DNA from: Planctomycetota bacterium
GTDB taxonomy: Bacteria > Planctomycetota > GCA-002687715 > DRQF01
NCBI GenBank assembly: GCA_036479435.1
Contig: JAZGFI010000017.1
Span: 38,607 to 102,606, forward strand
Direction: 5' to 3'
DNA length: 64,000 bases
This document shows positions 1 to 8,320 of the stretch, piece after piece. The notes under the pieces are model-generated. The model saw nothing but the letters and a program-made list of their open reading frames with translations, did not search any database and was not told where the DNA came from. The position numbers and the translations under genes are program-made. Numbering within the stretch: the first letter of the stretch is position 1; the number at the start of each line of letters is the position of its first letter.

Positions 1-154
1 GGAATCGCGAGTGCTTCCTCGCCCTCAGTTTCGGCATTCGAGCCGCCGGCTCATGCCAGGATCTTTATGCACTGTTGTTTTTTGCGGCGCTCGGACTCAA
101 GACCGCGATCGTTGTCGGACGAAGATTGGAGAGTTGGCAATCAGAGGAAATCGC

Positions 155-598
155 ATGTCTGCTTCACCTAAAGCTTTGAATACCGCCTTGCGCCGCACGG
201 AGTATCTGGTCGACCGACCGATGCAACTTAGGGCCGCCGTTTCCGTTGCGGGCTTGCTCGGAGTGGTCGGGGTGGCCTGCGCTCTGGTCATGTACATGGC
301 GCCGACCGAGGAGTTCTTCGCGCACCTGTCACCGCAGGAAGTAAAAGCCGTCTTCACCTACGCAACCGCCGCCTTCTTTTTTATGGGCCTCATCGTGGTC
401 GTGACCTGCGCCATTGTCTTTACTCACCGCGTGGCTGGTTCTTCCCGCGTGTTAGTGGCAGCACTCGAAGGCATGATGAAGGGCGACTATGGAAAACGCG
501 TCGGACTGCGCGACAAGGACTACTTGAAAGACCTTTCTGCTGCGATCGGCAAGATGCAGCGTCAGCTAAGCGAAGAACGTAGCACCAACGGCCAGTAA
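155..598 (+). CDS. Small membrane protein, two TM helices plus HAMP-like domain
   Basis: Two hydrophobic segments then THRVAG...LRDKD HAMP-like motif; ATG at 155 follows GAGGA. Confidence 0.6.
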   Translation: MSASPKALNTALRRTEYLVDRPMQLRAAVSVAGLLGVVGVACALVMYMAPTEEFFAHLSPQEVKAVFTYATAAFFFMGLIVVVTCAIVFTHRVAGSSRVLVAALEGMMKGDYGKRVGLRDKDYLKDLSAAIGKMQRQLSEERSTNGQ

Positions 599-630
599 AT
601 CAGGAATGAGTCGCGCTAAAGCCGTCCTCC

Positions 631-3588
631 CTAACGCAAGCTCATGACAACGTCGTCGTCTGCGTCCGCCTCAACCTGAACTCGTGCCGAGCGTCCCTGA
701 GGATCTTTGGCTTCGATGACAAAAACTTCTCGTTTCAATTGAAGCTTTAGGACTAAGACCTCGTCTTGGTCTCGCCATCGTTTGCGCAGAGTTCGGTAAA
801 TCTCTTCGCCCACTAGATTGCGCACGATGATTTCGACTTTCTCTGGCGCGTCACCTTCAGCTGCGAGAAAACTAAATTGCACCGGGCGCGCCGTCTCAAG
901 ATCGAAGGAAACTGATAAGACTTTTCCGGCGATTATGATGACGTCCTGGCTAAGGTCTTGAACGCCCGTCCCTCTCAGACGGAGGTGGTAAGGACCAGGC
1001 TCTAGTGGCTGCGAGCGTTGGGGGTCGTCTTTCAGATCCACGCTTAGATTGCCATTGTTCTTTGGGGACGTAAGCCAAAGCTTGGGCCGAAGATCCGCCG
1101 TTCCGATGCCACGTCGCAAGCTGATGTCGAGGAACGCCGGAGCGACTAGCGTCAGAACCCCGACGTCGACTATCCTGTCTTTGCTCACTTCAAAGGGGCC
1201 GAAAGTGCGCCGGCCATGAACCGAGGAGCGAATGTAGAGCAGGTAGCGCCCAGGTATGAGGTCCTTGATCTCGAAATCCGCAGCATCTCCTTTGCTGCGG
1301 TGATGCGCGCCGCCTCGGTTGGTCCCGCCGATTTGGTTGGCAATGATGCGAGCCGTCGTTACCGGGCGACCTTGATCGTCGTGAATCAGGCCCCGGATGC
1401 CACCGATGAGGAGGCGATCGCTGGGAACGACGATCCGGATGGGGGCTGATCCCGGTTTGACCATCTGACGATGTTGAACCAAAGTCGTCGTTCCTCGGAG
1501 GACCTGCAGGGCGTAGTCCCCATCAGCGAGGTTTTGGAGCGTGAATTTACCGTTGGCATCAGTCCTGTCTTGATAGTGCTGCACTCGGCCCTTGGCGAAA
1601 TGCTGAGAGCTGACGCTGACGTTGGCAACGGCATTGCTTGAACTGTCGACGACGATGCCTTCGATGTTTTTTCCCGACGGTTTGAGGCTTGTATCGAAGC
1701 GTGTAGTGGCACCAGCTATGACTTCGATGGTGTCGTGAACGTCGCCAAACTTGTCGGACTTTATCTCTATCTTTCGAGCTCCCGGTGCGAGACCTTCGAT
1801 GCGATACCGACCGTCCTTGTCCGTGCGAGTGAGATGACCATCGATGGCGGCGTACTCCCCAACCTGCACCAAGAGGGCTGGCGCGGGAGCGCCGCTCGCA
1901 AGTGTAATGCGGCCCTCCAGCTGTCCCGGTTCAGGCAAATGCACTTTCAGATGAGTGAGCCCTTGGGCCGGGATCTCGTCCTCACCGGCCCAGGGAGCGA
2001 AGCGCGGAGATCGGACATGGACGGCCACTTTGCCCGCGGCCGCTCCATAGATCCGGCAGATCCCCTTGCTATCGCTGCGTGCCGCAAAGCGGCTGCTCGG
2101 CATTTCAAGATGGCCGTCGGGCCGCCGATTCTGAGAGAATTCGCGGTTGCCGACTCGTACGAGTGCGTCGGGGACGGGTTGGTCTTCGAAATCTACGACG
2201 CTGACAATCAAGGTCGACGCGGGCGGCCCAAGCTTCAGCGTCAGCTCAAACTTAGCGCCCGGCGAGTTTTCAATGATCACATTGGGTGAAGCCTCAAACC
2301 CTTCCGCTCTTGCGCCCAGTGCGAAAATCGATTCGCCGGAGATGGATTTCAGATGGAAGTTTCCACTCGCGTCGCTGTGCGTGACGGGCTTGCCGCCGAA
2401 AGTGCCTGCCATGCCGCCGGCGTAGACCTCTGCGCCAGCGATGCCTCGGCCTTCGGGGCCTTGAACTTTTCCTTTGATCGTAGCACCCAAGGGGATCTTG
2501 AACTGCATTTTGGCAGTCTCGCCACCCTTGACTTTGATGCGTACTAGGCCGCCAAAGGGGCAAGAAAGATAGCCATGGCCCGCGTAGCAGCGGTCGAGAG
2601 TGAATTTGCCGCTGTTGTCACTTTCGTACCAACGTTCGTGGAGAAAGGGGTCTGGCGCTCCGAATGGTAAGACTCGCAGCGGTACATTTGCGGCTGGCGT
2701 ACCGTCCAGTTCCCAGATCACATCGACTTCTAAACGTCCAAATTTGGGGGACGCGGCGACGAGGGGACTTAGCGTCGAGGAGTCAAGATCCTCGGAGTTG
2801 TGGGCGGCGGCTTTTGCTCCTTCGACTGCTGTCTCGGCCGCGTTGCGTCGTGCCGCTTCGGTGTTGGGACCATCGGAACTGCTGAAACTTGAATTGGTCT
2901 CATTCCAGCTCGCATCGTCTTCGTCGAAAAACGCGAACCAAACCCCCGCTCCCAATAGAAGTAAAACTAGCGCCGAACCCAGGGCAACCTTGGATTTCAA
3001 TGACACGACAAAAGCTCCTTGGAGAAGGGACGCGCCAGCCGTGCTTGCCGTTGGCAAGAACGCGACCGCAAACGCGACGTTCCAGTTTTTGCGACCACCG
3101 AACTCTCGGTCGAGCGTGGAACGGAGAAGGTCTAATCCACGCTTTACTTGCGTGCGGGCGGTTTCCACGGGTAGATCCAAGCGCTTGGCGATCTCTCGCG
3201 GCGGCAGACCCTCAAAAAACCGCAAGAGTACGGCCGTTCGATAGGGTTCAGCCAGATCGACGACGACATCGACGACGCGTTGCCGAAGCGCTTGCTGCAT
3301 CAAGAATTCATCTACGGCAGATCCAGGCGGCCCGGGTTTCGCCGCGGATTCCCTCAGACGGCGGAGGCGACTTTGGCGCCGATCATTTGCTAGTAGTTTT
3401 CGGAGAGTGCCCGCCAACCAAGGCCGACGTGGGCCCTTGGGCGTCCCCTCGGCTCGCAGTGCGGCCAACCAAGCATCCTGTGCGAGATCGTCGCCGGTGC
3501 TGGAGTCGCCCACGAGGCGTTCCGCCAAGCGTCGCAGAAAGGCGTCGTCTTCGAGAACGGTTTGAGGGTCGACGTCGAAGCGGGGCAA
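631..3588 (-). CDS. ECF sigma-70 factor fused via a TM helix to multiple carboxypeptidase-regulatory-like beta-sandwich repeats
   Basis: Region 2 DDLAQDAW...RPWL; region 4 LAEPYRTAVLLRFFEGLPPREIAKRL; TM ALVLLLLGAGVWFAFF; repeated GxVxDxxGxPV...TDxxGxF motifs; TTG at 3588 follows GGAG (ORF open to 3765). Confidence 0.8.
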   Translation of the reverse strand: MPRFDVDPQTVLEDDAFLRRLAERLVGDSSTGDDLAQDAWLAALRAEGTPKGPRRPWLAGTLRKLLANDRRQSRLRRLRESAAKPGPPGSAVDEFLMQQALRQRVVDVVVDLAEPYRTAVLLRFFEGLPPREIAKRLDLPVETARTQVKRGLDLLRSTLDREFGGRKNWNVAFAVAFLPTASTAGASLLQGAFVVSLKSKVALGSALVLLLLGAGVWFAFFDEDDASWNETNSSFSSSDGPNTEAARRNAAETAVEGAKAAAHNSEDLDSSTLSPLVAASPKFGRLEVDVIWELDGTPAANVPLRVLPFGAPDPFLHERWYESDNSGKFTLDRCYAGHGYLSCPFGGLVRIKVKGGETAKMQFKIPLGATIKGKVQGPEGRGIAGAEVYAGGMAGTFGGKPVTHSDASGNFHLKSISGESIFALGARAEGFEASPNVIIENSPGAKFELTLKLGPPASTLIVSVVDFEDQPVPDALVRVGNREFSQNRRPDGHLEMPSSRFAARSDSKGICRIYGAAAGKVAVHVRSPRFAPWAGEDEIPAQGLTHLKVHLPEPGQLEGRITLASGAPAPALLVQVGEYAAIDGHLTRTDKDGRYRIEGLAPGARKIEIKSDKFGDVHDTIEVIAGATTRFDTSLKPSGKNIEGIVVDSSSNAVANVSVSSQHFAKGRVQHYQDRTDANGKFTLQNLADGDYALQVLRGTTTLVQHRQMVKPGSAPIRIVVPSDRLLIGGIRGLIHDDQGRPVTTARIIANQIGGTNRGGAHHRSKGDAADFEIKDLIPGRYLLYIRSSVHGRRTFGPFEVSKDRIVDVGVLTLVAPAFLDISLRRGIGTADLRPKLWLTSPKNNGNLSVDLKDDPQRSQPLEPGPYHLRLRGTGVQDLSQDVIIIAGKVLSVSFDLETARPVQFSFLAAEGDAPEKVEIIVRNLVGEEIYRTLRKRWRDQDEVLVLKLQLKREVFVIEAKDPQGRSARVQVEADADDDVVMSLR

Positions 3589-3990
3589 AAGAGTCTCCAG
3601 GACTTGGAAGAGCGGATGGGGCGCATGGCGCACCTCACCCCGAAGTGGCGATTCCGAATCAAATCGGTTCAAGAATTCACTATGTTCCCCGCGTTTTTGG
3701 CCTTTAGAGTCCGAAGCTTCTTCGCATGTAGAAATTTTCCGCATTGAGCCTGCATGAACACCCACTCGCGGTCGATGAGCGCGTCAGCGCCTTGTGTCCT
3801 CTCGTTTTTGGCTGGGGGCTAGGCCTAGACCGAAGACCTGGTTCTCTCGGTGCCAGGGCCGATATGCGACTCTTTGGGACGCTTCTAAGCCGGGTTGAGG
3901 ATAATTCCCTTGGTATTCTTGGATCTTAGATAGGCCTCCGCGCTCCCGGATCGTTAGACTAACGTTCGCGGAGCGAGGAGGCTTTTTTGC

Positions 3991-5340
3991 ATGCACAGCG
4001 TCAGCGGTCGTTTCTTTGGTCGGGAGTTCAGTGCTCTCGGCTTGTTCTGGATTCTTCTTTTTGGGTTTGCGTTCGCCTGTTCGGGTGCCCTGGTCGCTCA
4101 GGGCGAGATGGAAGAGGACGACGACGCCGCTGAAGACCCCCGGTTTAGGCGGGCTCAACGCTACCACCTCACTGGAGAGCTGGACGAAGCTTTCAACATC
4201 TACGACCAGATCCTCAAAGACCGTGGCGAGGACGCGCCTACCCTCATCACTTACGCCCACATGAAATGGAAGCGTGGTGACTACTTAGAAGCGGAGAAAC
4301 GCTTCAAGCGGGCCATCGAGTTGAATCCCAAACACATCAAGGCCAAGCAGTTTTTGGGCCAAATGTATCTCCACCAAGGTCGCCGCAAGGCCGCGCGTGA
4401 GACTTTCAACGCCCTCGTGGCTTTAAAGTGGGTTCGAGAAGATGTTCGCCATTCTGGCTACTTGAACTTGGGCAAACTGGAACTCCTTGATGAGCAATGG
4501 ATCAAAGCGCGGAAACACTTTCGCTTGCTCAAAAAAGAGGGCGGGAAAGCCGATCGCAAGTCGGGAAAACGCGGCATCAAACGCATGGCCGAAATGCGTA
4601 AGTTCAACGTCTGGCCGCGCATTGTCGGACCCAGCCTTTTTGTCCACTTTAACCCGGTGCTGACCAAGACCGTCTACAAAGACGAAGCCGCTCGCGAACA
4701 GCTCACGGCCTCGCTTTGTGATTGCGTGGTCTCCATCTGCGCGAAACTGAAAATCGTGGTACCTGAGCCTTGGCATCTTTATTTGTTCGAAAGTGACGAT
4801 CAAGCTCGCCAACTCACCGGGCGCATGGAAGCGCACGGCTGGGATTATTCCTGGTGGATCAACTACAACGCCCGTGGGTCAGGGCTCGACCCGCGTCACA
4901 CGATCGCCTGCCAGCTGGTAGCTCGTTGGTGTTCAGGGCGACCCTTGTCGAGGATGCTGGTGGAGGGCCTCGCCGCGAACCTGGCGGGCGTCGACACCGA
5001 TTTTCATTCTGATGCGCGCAAGATGTTGCGCGACAATCGCCTACGCTCGATGGTGGAATGCCAAAAACTGTTGCGGAGCCTCGACGAGCACGAGACGAGA
5101 TTGCAATACAAAGAGGGCAAGTCCTTCGTGAGGTTTCTGATCGACACTTACGGCTGGGAGAGTTTCGAAAAACTCTGGAAGAACTTCATCGTCACGGTGA
5201 ATGCGCCACGCTTCAAGTTAGGGACGACCAAGGGCATTGACTGGCAAGAAGCCTTTGACGCGATCTTTGAGAAGGGGCTTGGCGTCAAGCAGTCTGTTGC
5301 CGAAGCCCGCTGGCGCGAGTTTTTGCGCAGCGAAGGCTAA
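3991..5340 (+). CDS. Exported TPR protein with degenerate peptidase-MA-like C-terminal domain
   Basis: Signal peptide ending LVAQ; TPR-like repeats (AEKRFKRAIELNP); C-terminal HTIAC...LVEGLA...SFVRFLIDTYG. Confidence 0.6.
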   Translation: MHSVSGRFFGREFSALGLFWILLFGFAFACSGALVAQGEMEEDDDAAEDPRFRRAQRYHLTGELDEAFNIYDQILKDRGEDAPTLITYAHMKWKRGDYLEAEKRFKRAIELNPKHIKAKQFLGQMYLHQGRRKAARETFNALVALKWVREDVRHSGYLNLGKLELLDEQWIKARKHFRLLKKEGGKADRKSGKRGIKRMAEMRKFNVWPRIVGPSLFVHFNPVLTKTVYKDEAAREQLTASLCDCVVSICAKLKIVVPEPWHLYLFESDDQARQLTGRMEAHGWDYSWWINYNARGSGLDPRHTIACQLVARWCSGRPLSRMLVEGLAANLAGVDTDFHSDARKMLRDNRLRSMVECQKLLRSLDEHETRLQYKEGKSFVRFLIDTYGWESFEKLWKNFIVTVNAPRFKLGTTKGIDWQEAFDAIFEKGLGVKQSVAEARWREFLRSEG

Positions 5341-5372
5341 GCATGCGGAGCGCAGGCACGTGCGGAAAAGTC

Positions 5373-5974
5373 ATGCGTAAGCAAGTCGGGCGCGTCTTGA
5401 ATGATGCCTTCGCGCGAGTCAACTTTAGATCGCAAAGGCGGCTGGGCATCGCGTGTTTTTTTCTTTCGCTTTCCGCAGCTTTCTCGTTTGCCCAAGATGT
5501 GACTTCAGCTTCGGCCAAAACGCCAGAGCCAACGGCGGCTGCGATCAAAAAGATGACGGTCGCCGAACTGCGAATCGCGGTGATGCGGGCAAAGGACTGG
5601 CCCGTGCGCTTGCCAGCGCCGGTAGAGACCGTCTCAGCGTCGCCAAGCGGCTTCTTAAGTTGACCCACGACGAGTCCCTATTGATTCGGGCTAATGCGGC
5701 TTGGGGGCTCTTTCACTTTCCCCAATTTGAACGCGGCGAAAAGCGTCTCATCGCGATGACCCTTTTTCTGCGGGCGTCGAAGCCCTACGTGGTGGCTGCG
5801 CTCAATGTTTACCTTAAGACCTTCAATGACCCGATATCTCCAAAGGAACTCGTCGAGTTTCGCAGAGTCTACCTGGCGGATATCATCGCTCGCGACGTTG
5901 GTCCGCAGCCGGCAAAAGAGGATACCCCTACGGTCGACGAGGGGAAATTCAGCGACTCAACGGAGCCAGAGTAA
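5373..5974 (+). pseudogene. Apparently frameshifted exported HEAT-repeat-like protein
   Basis: ORF 5343-5663 carries a signal peptide (FSFAQ); overlapping ORF 5453-5974 carries HEAT-like DESLLIRANAAWGL; frames appear to join near 5600. Confidence 0.4.
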
Positions 5975-5977
5975 TTC

Positions 5978-7177
5978 GTGTTGTTCGACCTTGCTGCCGC
6001 TCGATTCTTAATTTCCGATCTTGGTCGCGCCGCGGCAGTGGAACTGGAGGGCAAGGATACGGCCTCCATTTCTTTGGCTAAGTCGTTGCGCAAGAAGTTT
6101 CCGGCGGCGTTTGCGCGTGCGCTCATCGATCAAGAATCAGGGCGGCGTTCCCTGCGCGGCAAACACCCGCGGGCATCTGAGCTGTTTGCTTCCAAAGTTG
6201 CCGCCGAGCAGTCTTCAGCTTTCGAGATCGCCTCTTGGCGGGCGCGACGTTTTGAGGGCTGTGGACTCGTTGCGGACATTGGCTGTGGCATCGGTATCGA
6301 CTCAGAAGCGCTCGCGCAGCGAGGGCCGGTGATTGCCGTTGATGCTGACCCCGGCAAGCTGGTGTTGGCCCGCGCGAATCTCGAAGGGGCTCCGCATGAG
6401 ACTTGGTTTGTGCGCGCACTAGTGCCGCCCTTGCCGGCTGAGGTGGATTACTTCTTTGCCGACCCGGATCGACGCATCGACGGTCGACGTCAAGTTGACC
6501 CCGAAAAGGGCTCGCCAGCATTGAGTATCTTGTTGCGTGAGGTGAAGTCTCGCCGCGGGATGGGGGTCAAGCTCGCACCGGGCTTGCCCATCGATAGTAT
6601 TCAGGAGTTTGGCGAGCTGGAGTTCATTTCGCGTCACCGTCAACTTCGAGAGGCGGTGCTTTGGACGGGGGAACTCGCGACGGTAAACCGGCGGGTGTCC
6701 TGCCCAGATTCAGGGCTCAGCCTGACGGGCGATCCCAAGGAAGAAGCAAGGTCAACAGATCACTTAGGCCGGTTTCTTTTGGAGCCCGATCCCGCGCTAT
6801 CACGCTCTAAACTTTTCGCCGCTGCGACCGCAGGTACGGACATTGAAATGTTGCGCGGAGCGCATGGCTACGCGACGGTCGACGAGCCTTTTGAGACCCC
6901 CTGGTTCAAGCTTTGGCCCGTCGAAACGACTCTGAAAGCCGACGCGGCCCGGCTCAACGCTCACCTACGAGATCGCGGTGTTGGCCGAGTAGATCTTTCC
7001 CGGCGAGGCGTCGATGCTGACATGAAGGACTGGGCGCGCAAGCTGCGCACTCCCGGTAAGCCGTCGGTGGGGCGCCAGATTCACTTTGTCAATCTCGAGG
7101 GCCGCGTGCGCTGTGTTGTGGCCGAGATCCCCAATAGCCTCGATGGCGACGGAACTCATCGTTCTAACCGGGGTTGA
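5978..7177 (+). CDS. Class I SAM-dependent methyltransferase with THUMP-like C-terminal domain
   Basis: EQSS, VADIGCGIGIDS, DPDRR, GVKLAPG and EPDPA motifs. Confidence 0.75.
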   Translation: MLFDLAAARFLISDLGRAAAVELEGKDTASISLAKSLRKKFPAAFARALIDQESGRRSLRGKHPRASELFASKVAAEQSSAFEIASWRARRFEGCGLVADIGCGIGIDSEALAQRGPVIAVDADPGKLVLARANLEGAPHETWFVRALVPPLPAEVDYFFADPDRRIDGRRQVDPEKGSPALSILLREVKSRRGMGVKLAPGLPIDSIQEFGELEFISRHRQLREAVLWTGELATVNRRVSCPDSGLSLTGDPKEEARSTDHLGRFLLEPDPALSRSKLFAAATAGTDIEMLRGAHGYATVDEPFETPWFKLWPVETTLKADAARLNAHLRDRGVGRVDLSRRGVDADMKDWARKLRTPGKPSVGRQIHFVNLEGRVRCVVAEIPNSLDGDGTHRSNRG

Positions 7178-7206
7178 TGAAGCACAGACCGATAGGAGAT
7201 CCCAAG

Positions 7207-7968
7207 ATGTTCCGTACTCTAAGTTTATGCCTCGCGTTTTTCGCCTTGATGCCGGTGGCCCTGGTCTTCGCCGCGTCTCCTCAGACTAGCCAGCCGGTCA
7301 AAGTGGCCCCGGCTTCTCGTCCGGCGGCGAGTGCGCCCGCTAGGACGAAAGCCTCGGCTAAGGCTCCCAAGCCCGAAGCGGCGCAAACGGCGAAGAAAGC
7401 CGAGTTGGAGCTCGAAAAGTGGATCACAACCTTGGGTGAGGGGGCGCAGCAAAAGCACGCGAAGATCAGATCTTCCGCCTTTGCCGGCCTCATCGCGGTT
7501 GGCAAACCAGCTCTTAAGCTGCTTAAGGTACTTAGGGCGAATTCGAGCGAAATCGTCAAGGCCTCGGCAGCTCGCGCCATTCGCAGAATCGAACGAGGAG
7601 GCGAAAACCGAGGTCGCGGCCGAAACCGCGGCCAAAACCGGGGTCGGAACCGATCTGCCTCACAGGATCCCAAGGTTCTCGGGGCCTCACTCGCGAAGGA
7701 TCTCAAGCTCGACGCCGAAAAGAGCAAGAAACTGACCAAGGTTCTTGTAGAAGCCCAAGCGCGGCGCCGCGAAGTGATGCAACAGATGCGCGATGGCGAG
7801 ATTAGCCGCGAGGAACTTCGTGAAGAAATGAAAGAGATGCGGGAAGACCTGCAGGAGCAGTTCGCTGGCTTTCTTGCCCCAGAACAGGCCAAAACCGTCC
7901 TGAGGAAGATGACCGGCCGACGCGGGGCAGGTGGTCGTAATCGCACACCACAGAATCGGGATGTCTAG
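7207..7968 (+). CDS. Exported protein with Ala/Pro linker, HEAT-like repeat, GxNR repeats and helical C-terminus
   Basis: AGGAG RBS; hydrophobic signal sequence; SSEIVKASAARAIRRI; GENRGRGRNRGQNRGRNR. Confidence 0.6.
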   Translation: MFRTLSLCLAFFALMPVALVFAASPQTSQPVKVAPASRPAASAPARTKASAKAPKPEAAQTAKKAELELEKWITTLGEGAQQKHAKIRSSAFAGLIAVGKPALKLLKVLRANSSEIVKASAARAIRRIERGGENRGRGRNRGQNRGRNRSASQDPKVLGASLAKDLKLDAEKSKKLTKVLVEAQARRREVMQQMRDGEISREELREEMKEMREDLQEQFAGFLAPEQAKTVLRKMTGRRGAGGRNRTPQNRDV

Positions 7969-8128
7969 ATAGGAGCAACCGGCCAGGACGCGCCTGGCGT
8001 CGCCAGAGCGAAAGATGCTGAGGTGCGGGCCCGTCCTGGAGCAAAAAAGCGGAGAACTCTAGGTGGCTACGAAAGGTGGCCGCCTTTCGTTCGTCTACGG
8101 TCATATGGGAGCTTCACGGCGGTACCGG

Positions 8129-8157
8129 TTGACCCTCTAGATTTGAAACTCTATGCT
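8129..8157 (+). promoter_or_regulatory. Putative sigma70 promoter of the amidohydrolase array
   Basis: TTGACC-17 bp-TATGCT in the intergenic gap upstream of the array. Confidence 0.5.
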
Positions 8158-8320
8158 CCCTTCGTCTTGGACCTTGTGTGATCCAAAGCCCGGTTAGATT
8201 GTCAGTTGTCGCTTGGAACCGATTCGTCGGTTTCTGGTTACTCTGTGGTCCAATTCTGAATCTGAAATTAGACTTTGGCCGACATTTCGTGCGAAAGTTG
8301 AGTCTTCCGAGAGTGTGCCC

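Noticed and set aside
7600..7652. GxNR tandem repeat as a DNA-level element
   Set aside because: Short low-complexity coding linker with varied codons.
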